Below are positions 15,190 through 25,340 of a stretch of 64,000 bases of DNA, in pieces. This DNA comes from an uncultured Gemmatimonadales bacterium (GTDB taxonomy: Bacteria > Gemmatimonadota > Gemmatimonadetes > Gemmatimonadales > Gemmatimonadaceae): contig CAWKNZ010000002.1 in NCBI GenBank assembly GCA_963851265.1, forward strand, positions 608,001 to 672,000, given 5' to 3'. The notes under the pieces are model-generated. The model did not search any database. It was not told the DNA's origin and saw only the letters and a program-made list of their open reading frames with translations. Each line of letters starts with the position of its first letter. The stretch's first letter is position 1. The position numbers were made by a program, and so were the translations under genes.

Positions 15190-16166
15190 GTGCCGGCGCC
15201 GGCCACGGGGCGGCCGGGTCCGGCGCCGCCGCACCGCCGTCGGCCCGCGCCTGGACCGCGCTCCGCGACGACGGCCGCGCCCGCGTCGGGCTCGTGGTGA
15301 TCGCGCTGCTGCTCGTGGCGGCCACCTGCGCACCGCTGCTCGCACGGCACGACCCGGCGGCCGGCGACCTCAGCATGGCGCTCGATCCGCCCTCGGCGGC
15401 GCACTGGCTCGGCACCGACGTGCAGGGGCGCGACGTCTGGGCGCGGCTGCTCTACGGTGCGCGCGTCTCGCTCGCCGTCGGCGTCGTGTCGCAGGCCATC
15501 GCCCTCGCCATCGGCGTCGCGCTCGGCCTCGTCGCGGGGTACTACGGGCGCCGCGTCGACGACGTCGTGATGCGGCTCGCCGACGTCACGCTGGCCTTCC
15601 CGACGCTGCTCCTGCTCATCGCCATGGCGGCCGCGTTCTCACCCTCGCTCGCGACGGTGATCGTGACCATCGGCGTCGTCGGCTGGGCGGGGATGGCGCG
15701 CCTCGTCCGCGGGCAGGTGCTCGTCGTGCGCACGGCGGAGTACGTGCAGGCCGAGCGCGCGTTGGGCGCGGCCGACGTGCGCATCATGGTGCGCCACGTG
15801 CTGCCCAACGTGATCGCGCCGGTGGTGATCGCCGCGACGCTCGGCGTGGCCGGCGCGATCATGGCCGAGGCCGCGCTCTCGTTCCTCGGCCTCGGGGTGC
15901 AGCCGCCCACCGCGAGCTGGGGCGCGATGATCGCCGACGGGCGCGACCTCGCGCAGCTGCGCGGCGCGCCGTGGACGTCACTCGCCCCGGGGCTCGCGAT
16001 CGGCGTCGCGGTGCTCGGCTTCAACCTCGTCGGCGACGCGCTGCGCGACGCGCTCGACCCGCGTGCGGCGGCGCTCAGCGGCACCGACCGACGGCGCGGG
16101 CGCGTGCGACTGCTCCGCCGGGCCGACGTCCCGACCGACGCGGGCGCCGTGCCCGCGCGCCGCTAG
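15186..16166 (+). CDS. Oligopeptide/dipeptide ABC permease (OppC/DppC family)
   Basis: HWLGTDVQGRD, YGARVSL, EAA loop, RHVLPN, EAALSFLGLG. Confidence 0.92.
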   Translation: MSAGAGHGAAGSGAAAPPSARAWTALRDDGRARVGLVVIALLLVAATCAPLLARHDPAAGDLSMALDPPSAAHWLGTDVQGRDVWARLLYGARVSLAVGVVSQAIALAIGVALGLVAGYYGRRVDDVVMRLADVTLAFPTLLLLIAMAAAFSPSLATVIVTIGVVGWAGMARLVRGQVLVVRTAEYVQAERALGAADVRIMVRHVLPNVIAPVVIAATLGVAGAIMAEAALSFLGLGVQPPTASWGAMIADGRDLAQLRGAPWTSLAPGLAIGVAVLGFNLVGDALRDALDPRAAALSGTDRRRGRVRLLRRADVPTDAGAVPARR

Positions 16167-16180
16167 CGCTCGCCAGGCCG

Positions 16181-17356
16181 ATGTCTGCCACGTCCTACGA
16201 CCTCGACGCGCTGCGCGCGGCGGAGTTCCCCTGGGCCGCCCGCGGTGACGCGGTCTACCTCAACCACGCGAGCACGGGCCCGCTCCCCGGGCGCACCGTG
16301 ACGGCGGTGACCGAGTTCGTCGCGCGCCGCGCGGAGCCGCACCGCATCGCCGACGCCGAGCTGTTCGGTACGCTCGCGCGCGTGCGCGACGGCGTCGCGC
16401 GCCTCATCGGCGCCGAGCCCGGCGAGGTGGCCTGCATGCCGAACACGACGTACGGGCTCAACTTCGCCGCGCGCGCGCTGCCGTTGGGCAAGGGCGACGT
16501 GGTGCTCACGTTCGACGGCGAGTTCCCGGCCAACGTGTACCCGTGGATGGCGCTCGCCGCCCGCGGCGTGCGACTCGAGTTGCTCCCCAGCACCCCCGCG
16601 GGGCTGCCCGACGAGGCGGCGTTGCTGCGCGCGATCGCCGAGCGGGACGACGTGCGTGCCGTCACCGTGAGTTGGGTGCAGTTCACGAGCGGGTACCGGG
16701 TCGACCTGGCCGCGATCGGCCGCGCGTGCCGCGCGCGCGGCGTCTGGTTCGTCGTCGACGCGATCCAGGGCCTCGGCGCGTGCACCCTCGACGTCCGCGC
16801 GACGCCCATCGACGTGCTCGCCTGCGGGGCGCAGAAGTGGCTGCTCTCGCCGTGGGGCACGGGCTTCGTGTACGTGCGCCGCGAGCTCGTCGGGCGCCTC
16901 GTGCCGCAGGACGTGGGCTGGCTCGCGGTGCGCGGCGCGGACGACTTCGCGCGCCTCACCAATTACGACTACACGTTCCGCGACGACGCGCGGCGGTTCG
17001 AGGTGCTCACGCTCCCATTCCACGATTTCGCCGGTTTCGCGGCCAGCCTCGACCTGCTGCACGCGCTCGGGCCGGCGGCCGTCGCCGCGCACGTTCAGGC
17101 GCTGGCCGAGCGCATCGTCGACTGGGCCGCGACGCGCGGCATCGCGCTCCTCACCCCGTGCGAGGCCGCACGGCGTGCGGGCATCGTCTCGCTCCGCCTG
17201 CCCGACGCCGCTGGCGCGTCCGCCCGCCTGAGGGCGGCAGGCGTCGCGCACTCGGTGCGCGAGGGCGCGGTGCGCCTGTCCCCGCACGGTTACAATTCGC
17301 CCGCCGACGTGGACCGCGCGCTCGACGCCCTCGACGGGCAGCCCCGCGCGGGCTGA
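16181..17356 (+). CDS. Aminotransferase class V / cysteine desulfurase-like PLP enzyme
   Basis: YLNHASTGP, VDAIQ, QKWLLSPWGTG, RLSPHGYN. Confidence 0.9.
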   Translation: MSATSYDLDALRAAEFPWAARGDAVYLNHASTGPLPGRTVTAVTEFVARRAEPHRIADAELFGTLARVRDGVARLIGAEPGEVACMPNTTYGLNFAARALPLGKGDVVLTFDGEFPANVYPWMALAARGVRLELLPSTPAGLPDEAALLRAIAERDDVRAVTVSWVQFTSGYRVDLAAIGRACRARGVWFVVDAIQGLGACTLDVRATPIDVLACGAQKWLLSPWGTGFVYVRRELVGRLVPQDVGWLAVRGADDFARLTNYDYTFRDDARRFEVLTLPFHDFAGFAASLDLLHALGPAAVAAHVQALAERIVDWAATRGIALLTPCEAARRAGIVSLRLPDAAGASARLRAAGVAHSVREGAVRLSPHGYNSPADVDRALDALDGQPRAG

Positions 17357-17420
17357 CGGCCGTTCCTCCGGCCGTCGGCCGTCGCCGACGACTCATTCTC
17401 GCCACCCGCCCGCTTCCGAC

Positions 17421-17735
17421 ATGCCGACCCTGCGTCGCGGCCGTCCGACCGCCGCCGCCAAGACCACGCTCGCCCTCTCGCTCGCGCTCGTGCTGACCGC
17501 CGCCTGCCACGGCCACAACGACGCCGAGCGCGACGGCGCGGGCGGCTCGAGCCTCGGCGCGGGCGGGCCAGGCCAGCCCGGACCGGCGGCGGGGATGAAC
17601 GCCGACACGACCAACTCGCCCACGGGCACCCCCGGGCCGACGCGCAACACGACGACCACCAACACGCAGACCAAGGCGCAGGCCGCCGCCGCTGCGGCGG
17701 CGAACGCGGCCAACTCCGACCCGCGGAACCATTAG
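17421..17735 (+). CDS. Small putative lipoprotein, low complexity
   Basis: Basic N-terminus, hydrophobic stretch and lipobox-like LTAAC; G/T/A-rich mature part. Confidence 0.6.
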   Translation: MPTLRRGRPTAAAKTTLALSLALVLTAACHGHNDAERDGAGGSSLGAGGPGQPGPAAGMNADTTNSPTGTPGPTRNTTTTNTQTKAQAAAAAAANAANSDPRNH

Positions 17736-17772
17736 CAGGCGACGCGGCGGCGCATCCGGCGCCGCCGCTGTT

Positions 17773-19086
17773 TCACCCCTCGATGACGCGCACGAGCGCG
17801 TACTCCCGCGCGCCCTTGCGGAGGAGCAGGTACCGCCCGACGAGCAGGTCGCCGTCGGCGAGCGTCCGCTCCCCGGCCGACAGGCGCCGCCCGCTCACCG
17901 TTAGGCCGCCCTGCTCCAGCAGCCGCCGCGCCGCGCCCTTGCTCGGCGCGAGGCCGGCCGCCGTGAACAGCTCGGGCACGTCAGCCGCCGCGAGCCCCGC
18001 GGCCGGGCGGGCCAGTTCGGTGACGGGAAACTCCTTCGACAACGCGCCCACGGCCGCCGGCGACAGCCGGTGCGGGTCGCCCTTGGCGAAGAGCAGCGCC
18101 GAGAGCTCCTGCGCCACCCGCGCCCCCTCGGCGCCGTGCACGCGCCCGGTGACGTCGTACGCCAGCGCGTGCTGCGCCTCGCGCCGGTCCGGCCGGTCGG
18201 CCGTCGCCGCGTCCAGCGCCTCGATCTCCTCGCGCCCCATCTGCGTGTAGTAGCGCAGCAGCCGCCCCACGTCGCGGTCGTCGGCGTGCATCCAGAACTG
18301 GAAGAACTGGTACGCCGACGTGCGCCGCGGGTCGAGCCACACCGCGCCCGATTCGGTCTTGCCGAACTTCTGCCCGGCGGTCGTGGTGAGCAGCGGGAAG
18401 GTGAGGCCGTGCGCCTGCGCCCCGTCGATTCGCCGGATCAGGTCGGTGCCCGCCGTGATGTTCCCCCACTGGTCGCTCCCGCCCACCTGCACGGTCACGC
18501 CGTGCCGGCGCCGCAGCTCGACGAAGTCGTACGCCTGCAGCAGCATGTACGAGAACTCGGTGAACGAGATCCCGTTCTCGAGCCGCGCGCGCACGCTCTC
18601 CTTGGCGAGCATCACGTTCACCGAGAAGTGCTTGCCCACGTCGCGCAGGAAGTCGACCGTCCCCAGCGTGGTGAGCCACTCGGCGTTGTCGGCCACGGCG
18701 GCGGCGGCCGGTCCGTCAAACTCGAGGAAGCGTTCGAGCTGGGCGCGAATCGCGCGCGCGTTCTCCTCGACGACCTCGCGCGCGTTCAGCTGCCGTTCGG
18801 CGGTCTTGCCGCTCGGGTCTCCGATCATCCCCGTGCCGCCGCCGACGAGCGCCACCGGCCGGTGCCCGTACTGTTGCATCCGCACGAGCCCCATGATCGG
18901 CAGCAGGTTGCCCACGTGCAGGCTCGCGGCGGTGGGGTCGAAACCGCAGTAGGCCCGCACCGACCCCCCGCTGAGGTGCGCGGCGAGCCCATCGGTTGCC
19001 TGGTACAGGAGCCCGCGCCATGCGAGGTCGTCGAGGAGCGGATCGCCGTGCGCGGCGGGCGGGGGAGCGGCCGTGGTGTCGGTCAT
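17773..19086 (-). CDS. tyrS: Tyrosine--tRNA ligase
   Basis: YCGFDPTAASLHVGN, GGSDQWGNI, KFGKT, C-terminal S4-like domain. Confidence 0.97.
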   Translation of the reverse strand: MTDTTAAPPPAAHGDPLLDDLAWRGLLYQATDGLAAHLSGGSVRAYCGFDPTAASLHVGNLLPIMGLVRMQQYGHRPVALVGGGTGMIGDPSGKTAERQLNAREVVEENARAIRAQLERFLEFDGPAAAAVADNAEWLTTLGTVDFLRDVGKHFSVNVMLAKESVRARLENGISFTEFSYMLLQAYDFVELRRRHGVTVQVGGSDQWGNITAGTDLIRRIDGAQAHGLTFPLLTTTAGQKFGKTESGAVWLDPRRTSAYQFFQFWMHADDRDVGRLLRYYTQMGREEIEALDAATADRPDRREAQHALAYDVTGRVHGAEGARVAQELSALLFAKGDPHRLSPAAVGALSKEFPVTELARPAAGLAAADVPELFTAAGLAPSKGAARRLLEQGGLTVSGRRLSAGERTLADGDLLVGRYLLLRKGAREYALVRVIEG

Positions 19087-19123
19087 AATCCCAAGATACT
19101 GCAAAGGTTAGCTTGCCTCGCGT

Positions 19124-21490
19124 ATGCCGTCCGCTCCGTCCCCGAAGTCGTCTCCGGCGCGCGCGCCACGCCGTGCCGTCCGCCGTTCCACCGGCTGGCT
19201 CGGCCGCCACGTCCGCCTCGTCCGCGGCGTCGCCCTCACGCTCACGTTTGGCGCCGCCGCGGCGTTCGGCGCGCTCTACGCCGGCTGGGTGCTCGTCTGT
19301 CAGAACGGGACGTGCCCGTCGGTGGCCTCGCTCGAAGGCTACAACCCGCGGCAAACGTCCAAGCTCTACGCCTCCGACGGCCGCTTCGTCGCCGAGATCG
19401 GGAACGAGCGGCGCACGCTCGTCAAGCTGCAGGACATCCCCGACGTCGTGAGGGAGGCGTTCCTCGTCACCGAGGACAAGCGCTTCTACGAACACAGCGG
19501 CATCGACTGGATGCGCGTCCCCGGCGCGCTCTTGCGCGACATCCGCTACCGGTCGTTCAAGGAAGGGTTCTCGACGATCACGATGCAGCTCGCGCGAAAC
19601 GTGTTCACCGACGACATCAGCCGCGAGAAGACGCTCGTCCGCAAGCTGCGCGAGGCGAAGGTCGCCCGACAGATCGAACAGCAGTACTCGAAGGACAAGA
19701 TCCTCGAGCTCTACCTCAACCAGATCTACCTCGGCGCGGGCGCCTACGGCGTCGAGACGGCCGCGCACCGCTACTTCGGCAAGAGCGTGCGCGATCTGAA
19801 CCTGGCCGAGGCGGCCACGCTCGCCGCGCTGCCGAAGGGGCCGGAGCGCTACAACCCGCGCCGCTACCCCGACCGGGCCACGCAGCGGCGCAACACGATC
19901 ATCGGCCTCATGGGGCGCGCCGGCATCGTGAGCGACGCCGACGCGCGACTCGCGCAGGCCTACCCGCTCGAGATGGCCGGCAAGGAGGAGAGCGGCGAGA
20001 GTGCGCCGTACTTCGTCGAGTGGGTGCGGCAGCAGCTCGAGGCCAAGTTCGGGCGTCAGCTGTACGAGGACGGACTGAAGGTCTACACCACGCTCGACCC
20101 CGACATGCAGAGCGCGGCCGAGCGCGCGCTCGAGGCGCAGCTGCGCGCGATCGAAGCCGGGCGGTACGGCGCGTACAAGCACCCGTCGTTCGAGCAGTAC
20201 GCCGCGCACGGCGCCGGCGACGAGCCGCAGACCGGCGCGTCGAGCCCGTACCTGCAGGGCGCGTTCGTGGCGCTCGACCCGCGCTCGGGCGCGGTGCGCG
20301 CGCTCGTCGGCGGCCGCGACTTCGACGACTCCAAGTTCAACCGCGCCACGCAGGCGCTCCGGCAGCCCGGGTCGAGCTTCAAGCCGATCGTCTACAGCAC
20401 GGCCGTGCAGAACGGCCGCGGTCCGGCGACGATCGTCGACGACGACCCGATCACGTTAGGCGACTGGTCGCCGAAGAACTTCGACGGGAAGTTCATGGGG
20501 CCGATGCCGATGCGCCGCGGGCTCTACCTGTCGCGCAACCTCGTCGCGGTGCGGGTGGGCTCCGAACTCGGCGCGCAGGCCGTGATCGGCGAGGCGCGCC
20601 GCTTCGGCATCACGTCGCCCATCCCCCCTTACCCATCCATCTTCCTCGGCTCCGCCTCGGTGTACCCGCTCGAGATGGTGGCCGCCTACACGACGTTCGC
20701 GTCGCTGGGCACGCGGTCGGCGCCGTTCGCCATCCTCCGCGTCGAGGACCGCCGCGGCGACGTGCTGTGGCAGCCGGAGCCCAAGCGGGACCCCGTGCTC
20801 TCGCCGGAGGAGGCGTACCTCATGGTGAGCATGATGAAGGACGTGAACCAGCACGGCACGGCCTACGGTGCCGTGTGGGGCGCGGGCTTCCAGGTGCCGT
20901 CCGGCGGCAAGACGGGCACCACGAACGACGGCGCGGACGCGTGGTACATCGGCTACACGCGCGACCTCGTCGCCGGCGTCTGGGTGGGGCTCGACCGGCC
21001 GCAGCCGATCAAGCACAACGCGCAGGGCGGCGAACTCGCCGCCCCCGCGTGGACCGCGTTCATGACCGAGGTCTACCGGCGCCGCCCCTCGCCGGGCGAC
21101 TGGGAGCAGCCGGCGGGCGTGGTCGAACGGCAGATCGTGGCCGGCACCGACAAGCTGTGGCTCCCGGAGTGCGTGGGCGCGCCGGTCACCACCGAGCTGT
21201 TCATCTCCGGCGCCGAGCCCACCGACACGTGCGTCCCCGGCGAGAACTACGGCGCGCCGGGCGACTCGGTCCGCGCGGCCCCGGACACGGCCGGCGCCGC
21301 CGAGTTCCCGCTCGACGGCTCCCGCCCGGTGCGACGCCCGACGGTGCCCTTCGACAGCGGCCCGGGCGGCGCGTCCGACTCGGCCGCCGCGGCGCGCCCG
21401 CGCCCGCGTCGTCGGCGCGCCGTGCCCGACAGCTTCGGCATCCCGACCACCGCGCCCGCCACGCCGCGTGCGACGGTGCCCTTCCCGTGA
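19124..21490 (+). CDS. Class A penicillin-binding protein (PBP1A family)
   Basis: EDKRFYEH, GFSTITMQLARN, RKLRE; transpeptidase motifs SSFK, SRN, KTG. Confidence 0.95.
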   Translation: MPSAPSPKSSPARAPRRAVRRSTGWLGRHVRLVRGVALTLTFGAAAAFGALYAGWVLVCQNGTCPSVASLEGYNPRQTSKLYASDGRFVAEIGNERRTLVKLQDIPDVVREAFLVTEDKRFYEHSGIDWMRVPGALLRDIRYRSFKEGFSTITMQLARNVFTDDISREKTLVRKLREAKVARQIEQQYSKDKILELYLNQIYLGAGAYGVETAAHRYFGKSVRDLNLAEAATLAALPKGPERYNPRRYPDRATQRRNTIIGLMGRAGIVSDADARLAQAYPLEMAGKEESGESAPYFVEWVRQQLEAKFGRQLYEDGLKVYTTLDPDMQSAAERALEAQLRAIEAGRYGAYKHPSFEQYAAHGAGDEPQTGASSPYLQGAFVALDPRSGAVRALVGGRDFDDSKFNRATQALRQPGSSFKPIVYSTAVQNGRGPATIVDDDPITLGDWSPKNFDGKFMGPMPMRRGLYLSRNLVAVRVGSELGAQAVIGEARRFGITSPIPPYPSIFLGSASVYPLEMVAAYTTFASLGTRSAPFAILRVEDRRGDVLWQPEPKRDPVLSPEEAYLMVSMMKDVNQHGTAYGAVWGAGFQVPSGGKTGTTNDGADAWYIGYTRDLVAGVWVGLDRPQPIKHNAQGGELAAPAWTAFMTEVYRRRPSPGDWEQPAGVVERQIVAGTDKLWLPECVGAPVTTELFISGAEPTDTCVPGENYGAPGDSVRAAPDTAGAAEFPLDGSRPVRRPTVPFDSGPGGASDSAAAARPRPRRRRAVPDSFGIPTTAPATPRATVPFP

Positions 21491-21498
21491 CCTCGCCG

Positions 21499-22305
21499 AT
21501 GCCCGACGTCGCGATGCCACACGGGACGCCGGCCGCCGCAGGGTGGCGTCCGCGCGACTGCCACGCCCACACCACGTTTTCGGACGGCGCGCTCACGCCC
21601 GCCGCGCTCGTCGGCGTCGCGGGAGAGCGCGGGGTTCGGCCGAGCGTCGCCGACCACTGTTCGCGAGACGTCGCACTCGCGATCAAGGACGTCGACGCGT
21701 TCCGCCGATACCTGACCACGCTCGAAGCGGTGCGCGGGGCGCACCCGGAGCTCGCCATCAGCGGCGAGTTCTGCTGGCACGACGGGCTGTGGCGCGAGAT
21801 CCCTCGCGCGCTCTGGACGCGGCTCACGCACGCGGTCGGCTCGCTGCACGCCATCTTCCTGACGGACGGCACCCGGCTGCACATGTTCTCGCGCCAGTGG
21901 CCCGACGGCCTCGATGTCGACGCCTACATGGACGCCCACGTGGCGAACGTCGAGCGGTTCGCCGCCGAGATGCCGGTCGACATCCTCGCGCACCCGACGC
22001 TCCTGCCGCTTCCCATCCGCGGGCACCCGATCGAGGAGCTGTGGACCGAGCCGCGCGAGGAGCGCGCCGTGTCCGCGCTCGCGGCCGCCGGGATCGCGTT
22101 CGAGGTCAGCAACCGCTATCGCCCGCACGAACGCTTCGTGCGCCGCGCCGCCGCGGCGGGCGTACGGCTCGCTCTCGGTTCGGACGGCCACAGTGTCCAG
22201 CAGGTCGCCGACCTGGCGTGGCCGCTGGAGGTCACGCGCACGCTGGGCGTGCCGGACGAGGAGCTGTACGACCCCGCCTCGCACGGGCGGCGGGGGCAGG
22301 CGTAG
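21499..22305 (+). CDS. PHP-domain phosphoesterase (HisJ-like)
   Basis: DCHAHTTFSDG, ADH, GSLH, ILAHP, LGSDGH. Confidence 0.85.
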   Translation: MPDVAMPHGTPAAAGWRPRDCHAHTTFSDGALTPAALVGVAGERGVRPSVADHCSRDVALAIKDVDAFRRYLTTLEAVRGAHPELAISGEFCWHDGLWREIPRALWTRLTHAVGSLHAIFLTDGTRLHMFSRQWPDGLDVDAYMDAHVANVERFAAEMPVDILAHPTLLPLPIRGHPIEELWTEPREERAVSALAAAGIAFEVSNRYRPHERFVRRAAAAGVRLALGSDGHSVQQVADLAWPLEVTRTLGVPDEELYDPASHGRRGQA

Positions 22306-22419
22306 TCGCGTCCGACGTGACGGTCCGCCCCGGCGCGTCCGGCCCCGCCACCCGGGTGTGTGGGTTCCGCGCTCCGCGCGCGGCGACGGGCATCCGTTAG
22401 GCACGCGACGAGCGGCTTC

Positions 22420-23514
22420 GTGCGCCTCCACACCGCCCGCTGGGTCGTCCCGGTCGCCAGCGCGCCCGTCGTGCGCGGCGCCGTCGCGGTCGACGACGCC
22501 GGCCGTATCGCGTACGTCGGCCCGGCGGTCGACGCCCCGCCGGGCGAACTCCACGACCACGGCGACGCCGTGCTCCTCCCCGGCCTGATCGCGGTCGCCG
22601 CCGGTCCGTCAGGCAATGCGTCCGTCGGCGCGCGCCCGCGCGACGCCGGCGTGACCACGCTCGTCGCCCCGGTCGGTCACCCGTCCGACGTCCCGGCCTT
22701 CGTGGCCGCCTATCGAGGCGTCGCGACCGGCACGGCCGGCGCGGGGCTCGGCGCGTTGCGCGCCACCATCGGCGGGCTTCGCGCCGACCTTCGCGCACAC
22801 GGCGCGGCCGACCGCGTGCGCCCCGGGGTCGCGCTGCCCCCACTCGACCAGCTCGATGGCGACGACGCCCTGCTCGACGCGTGCGCATGGGCCGTCGGCG
22901 AGTCGCTCGCGCTCACCGTTCCCGCCGGCGCGAGCGCGCACGAGGTCGCCTACCTGCGCGACGGCGCGGGCCCGCTCGCCGACGCGCGCCGCGCCGCGGG
23001 CGCCAGCGTCGTCCGCCGCGCCCACTCGACGGTCCACCTGCTCGCCGAACTCGGCGTGGCCGCCGTCGCCCGCCCGCTGCTCGTCGGCGGCGCTTGGTTC
23101 GACGAGAGCGACGTGGCCCTCGCGGCCCACTACGAGTGCCCGGTCGCTTACGTCGCGTCGTCCACGGCGACGGGTCCTACCCCGCTCGCCGCGTTGCTCG
23201 ACGCCGGCGTTCGCGTCGCCCTCGCCTTCGGCGACCGCTTCGTCGCCACCGCGGCTGCCGTCACGCGCTCCCCCGAGGAGGCGCTCCAGCTCCTCACCCT
23301 CGGCGCGGCCCGCGCTCTCGAGCTCGACGCCGCGGTGGGCTCGCTCGAGGTCGGCAAGCTCGCTGACCTGTGCGCGTTCGTCCTCTCGCCGGCCGCGGTC
23401 GCCGTTGCCGATGCGAGCGGGCCCGTCCACGCTCTGCTCGCCCACGCGCCGGCGCGCGACGCGTTCACCGCCGTCCAGGGCCGCCCCGCCCCGCGCGACC
23501 GGTGCCCCGGGTAG
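22420..23514 (+). CDS. Amidohydrolase-fold protein, apparently lacking the metal ligands
   Basis: N-terminal beta-sandwich (GAVAVDDAGRIAYVG...VLLPGL) and C-terminal GARALELDAAVGSLEVGKLADL, but no HxH motif. Confidence 0.7.
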   Translation: MRLHTARWVVPVASAPVVRGAVAVDDAGRIAYVGPAVDAPPGELHDHGDAVLLPGLIAVAAGPSGNASVGARPRDAGVTTLVAPVGHPSDVPAFVAAYRGVATGTAGAGLGALRATIGGLRADLRAHGAADRVRPGVALPPLDQLDGDDALLDACAWAVGESLALTVPAGASAHEVAYLRDGAGPLADARRAAGASVVRRAHSTVHLLAELGVAAVARPLLVGGAWFDESDVALAAHYECPVAYVASSTATGPTPLAALLDAGVRVALAFGDRFVATAAAVTRSPEEALQLLTLGAARALELDAAVGSLEVGKLADLCAFVLSPAAVAVADASGPVHALLAHAPARDAFTAVQGRPAPRDRCPG

Positions 23515-23561
23515 CTTTCCGCCACGCACCGGCAGACCAGACCCCACACCGCGAGACCCCA

Positions 23562-24515
23562 GTGTCCGACCGCACGAACGGCCGCACCACCGTTATCTGG
23601 CGCGACGGCCAGCTCATTCCTTGGGAGCAGGCCACGCTCCACGTGATGAGCCACGTCGTGCACTACGGCTCGAGCGTCTTCGAAGGCATTCGCTGCTACG
23701 AGACCCCGTCCGGCCCCGCAGTTTTCCGCCTGCGCGAACACATGCGTCGCCTGATGGACTCGTGCAAGATCTACCGCATGCCGATGCGCTGGTCGCTCGA
23801 CGAGCTCGTTCAGGGCACGATCGACCTCGTCGCGGCCAACGAGCTCCGCGCCTGCTATCTCCGCCCGGTCGTCGTGCGCGCCGGCGAGCAGATGGGCGTG
23901 CTCGGCATCGGCGTTCCGGTCGAGACCTTCCTCATTGCCTGGCACTGGGGCGCGTACCTCGGCCAGACCGCGCTCACCGACGGCGTCGACGTCTGCGTGT
24001 CGAGCTGGCGCCGCCCAGCACCGGCCACCATCCCCGCCCTCGCCAAGGCCGCCGGCAACTACCTCAACTCGCAGCTCTCCAAGATGGAGGCGCGGGCCGA
24101 CGGCTACTCCGAGGCGATCGTCCTCGACAACTTCGGCTACGTGAGCGAGGGGAGCGGCGAGAACCTCTTTCTCGTCCGTGACGGCGTGCTCTGGACGTCG
24201 GGGCTCGAGTCGGGGATCCTCGAAGGCATCACGCGCGACACGGTGCTCACGCTGGCGCGCGACATGGGCCTCGAAATCCGCGCCGCGCGCATCCCGCGCG
24301 AGATGCTCCTGCTCGCCGACGAGATGTTCTTCACCGGGACTGCCGCCGAGTTGACGCCCATCCGCTCGGTCGACCGGCAGCCCGTGGGCGAGGGGAAGCC
24401 GGGACCCATCACGATGGCCATTCAGGATCGCTACATGGGGACCGTCACCGGGCGGTACCCCGACGATCACGGCTGGCTCACCCCCGTCCCCGTACGCGAG
24501 ACTGCCGGGGTGTGA
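23562..24515 (+). CDS. ilvE: Branched-chain amino acid aminotransferase
   Basis: HYGSSVFEGIRCY, KAAGNY, EGSGENLF, ILEGITR, GTAAE. Confidence 0.95.
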   Translation: MSDRTNGRTTVIWRDGQLIPWEQATLHVMSHVVHYGSSVFEGIRCYETPSGPAVFRLREHMRRLMDSCKIYRMPMRWSLDELVQGTIDLVAANELRACYLRPVVVRAGEQMGVLGIGVPVETFLIAWHWGAYLGQTALTDGVDVCVSSWRRPAPATIPALAKAAGNYLNSQLSKMEARADGYSEAIVLDNFGYVSEGSGENLFLVRDGVLWTSGLESGILEGITRDTVLTLARDMGLEIRAARIPREMLLLADEMFFTGTAAELTPIRSVDRQPVGEGKPGPITMAIQDRYMGTVTGRYPDDHGWLTPVPVRETAGV

Positions 24516-24738
24516 CCGCCGGGCTTGGCGTGCGGTGTATGTTGTAGGAGAGTTGTAGGAGAACCGACCGGCGCGACCGCGCCGCCGGACCGGCGTCCCC
24601 GCGGCCGGGGCGACGGTGCTTTGCGTGCCGCGCGGCGCCACTCGCGCCGGAGGTCATCGTGAAGGTCACGCCGACCGCCCGGAGGCTGGGCATCATACGC
24701 AGGCTGAGCCACGCCGGGGCCCTTCATGGGAGGACGGC

Positions 24739-25290
24739 ATGAAGGGCCCGGCATGCCTCGCGCTCAACGCGTCCTACGAGCCGCTCACCGTCACGCCGAT
24801 GCGCCGCGCCGTGCGCCTCGTGCTCGAGGGCAAGGCCGAGATCGTCGAGCAGGATGGCGCCGACGTCCGCGCCGGCCTGCTGTCGATGCCGCGTCCCGCC
24901 GTGATCCGCCTGAAGAAGTTCGTCCACGTGCCGCGCAAGTTCCGCCGGCAGGTGACCAACGTCTTCCTGTTCTCGCGCGACCGCCGCACCTGCCAGTACT
25001 GCGGCCGCCCCGAAGCCGAACTGCGCCCGCGCGAGTTCCTCACGCGCGACCACGTCACGCCGCTCTCCCGCGGCGGCGCCAACACGTGGGAGAACTGCGT
25101 CACGGCGTGCAGCACGTGCAACACCCGAAAGGGCAGTCGGACGACGGTGGAGGCGCACATGCCGCTGCTCTCCACGCCCACCGAGCCACACCTGGTCTAC
25201 CTGGTGTGGGCCGTGCGGCGTCTGACGCCGCTTCAACGGCAGTACATCGTGCAGTTTTTCGGAGACGACGTCGCCGCGCTGTTGGAGTGA
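24739..25290 (+). CDS. HNH endonuclease (McrA-like, LNASYEPL family)
   Basis: LNASYEPL, RDRRTCQYCG, TRDHVTPLSRGG, NCVTACSTCNTRKG; GGAGG RBS. Confidence 0.9.
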   Translation: MKGPACLALNASYEPLTVTPMRRAVRLVLEGKAEIVEQDGADVRAGLLSMPRPAVIRLKKFVHVPRKFRRQVTNVFLFSRDRRTCQYCGRPEAELRPREFLTRDHVTPLSRGGANTWENCVTACSTCNTRKGSRTTVEAHMPLLSTPTEPHLVYLVWAVRRLTPLQRQYIVQFFGDDVAALLE

Positions 25291-25340
25291 TGCGGCGTAG
25301 CGCGGCCGGCCGGGCGGGGCGTCGCGCGCCCGCCGGCCCT

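Noticed and set aside
18070..22305. 1411-aa + strand ORF
   Set aside because: Shadow frame antisense to tyrS and out of frame with PBP1A; only the last ~268 aa (PHP domain) look like a real protein.
24739..25290. HNH gene as an IscB/Cas9-like or CRISPR-associated nuclease
   Set aside because: Only 183 aa, no RuvC motifs, and no repeat-spacer array seen anywhere in the window.
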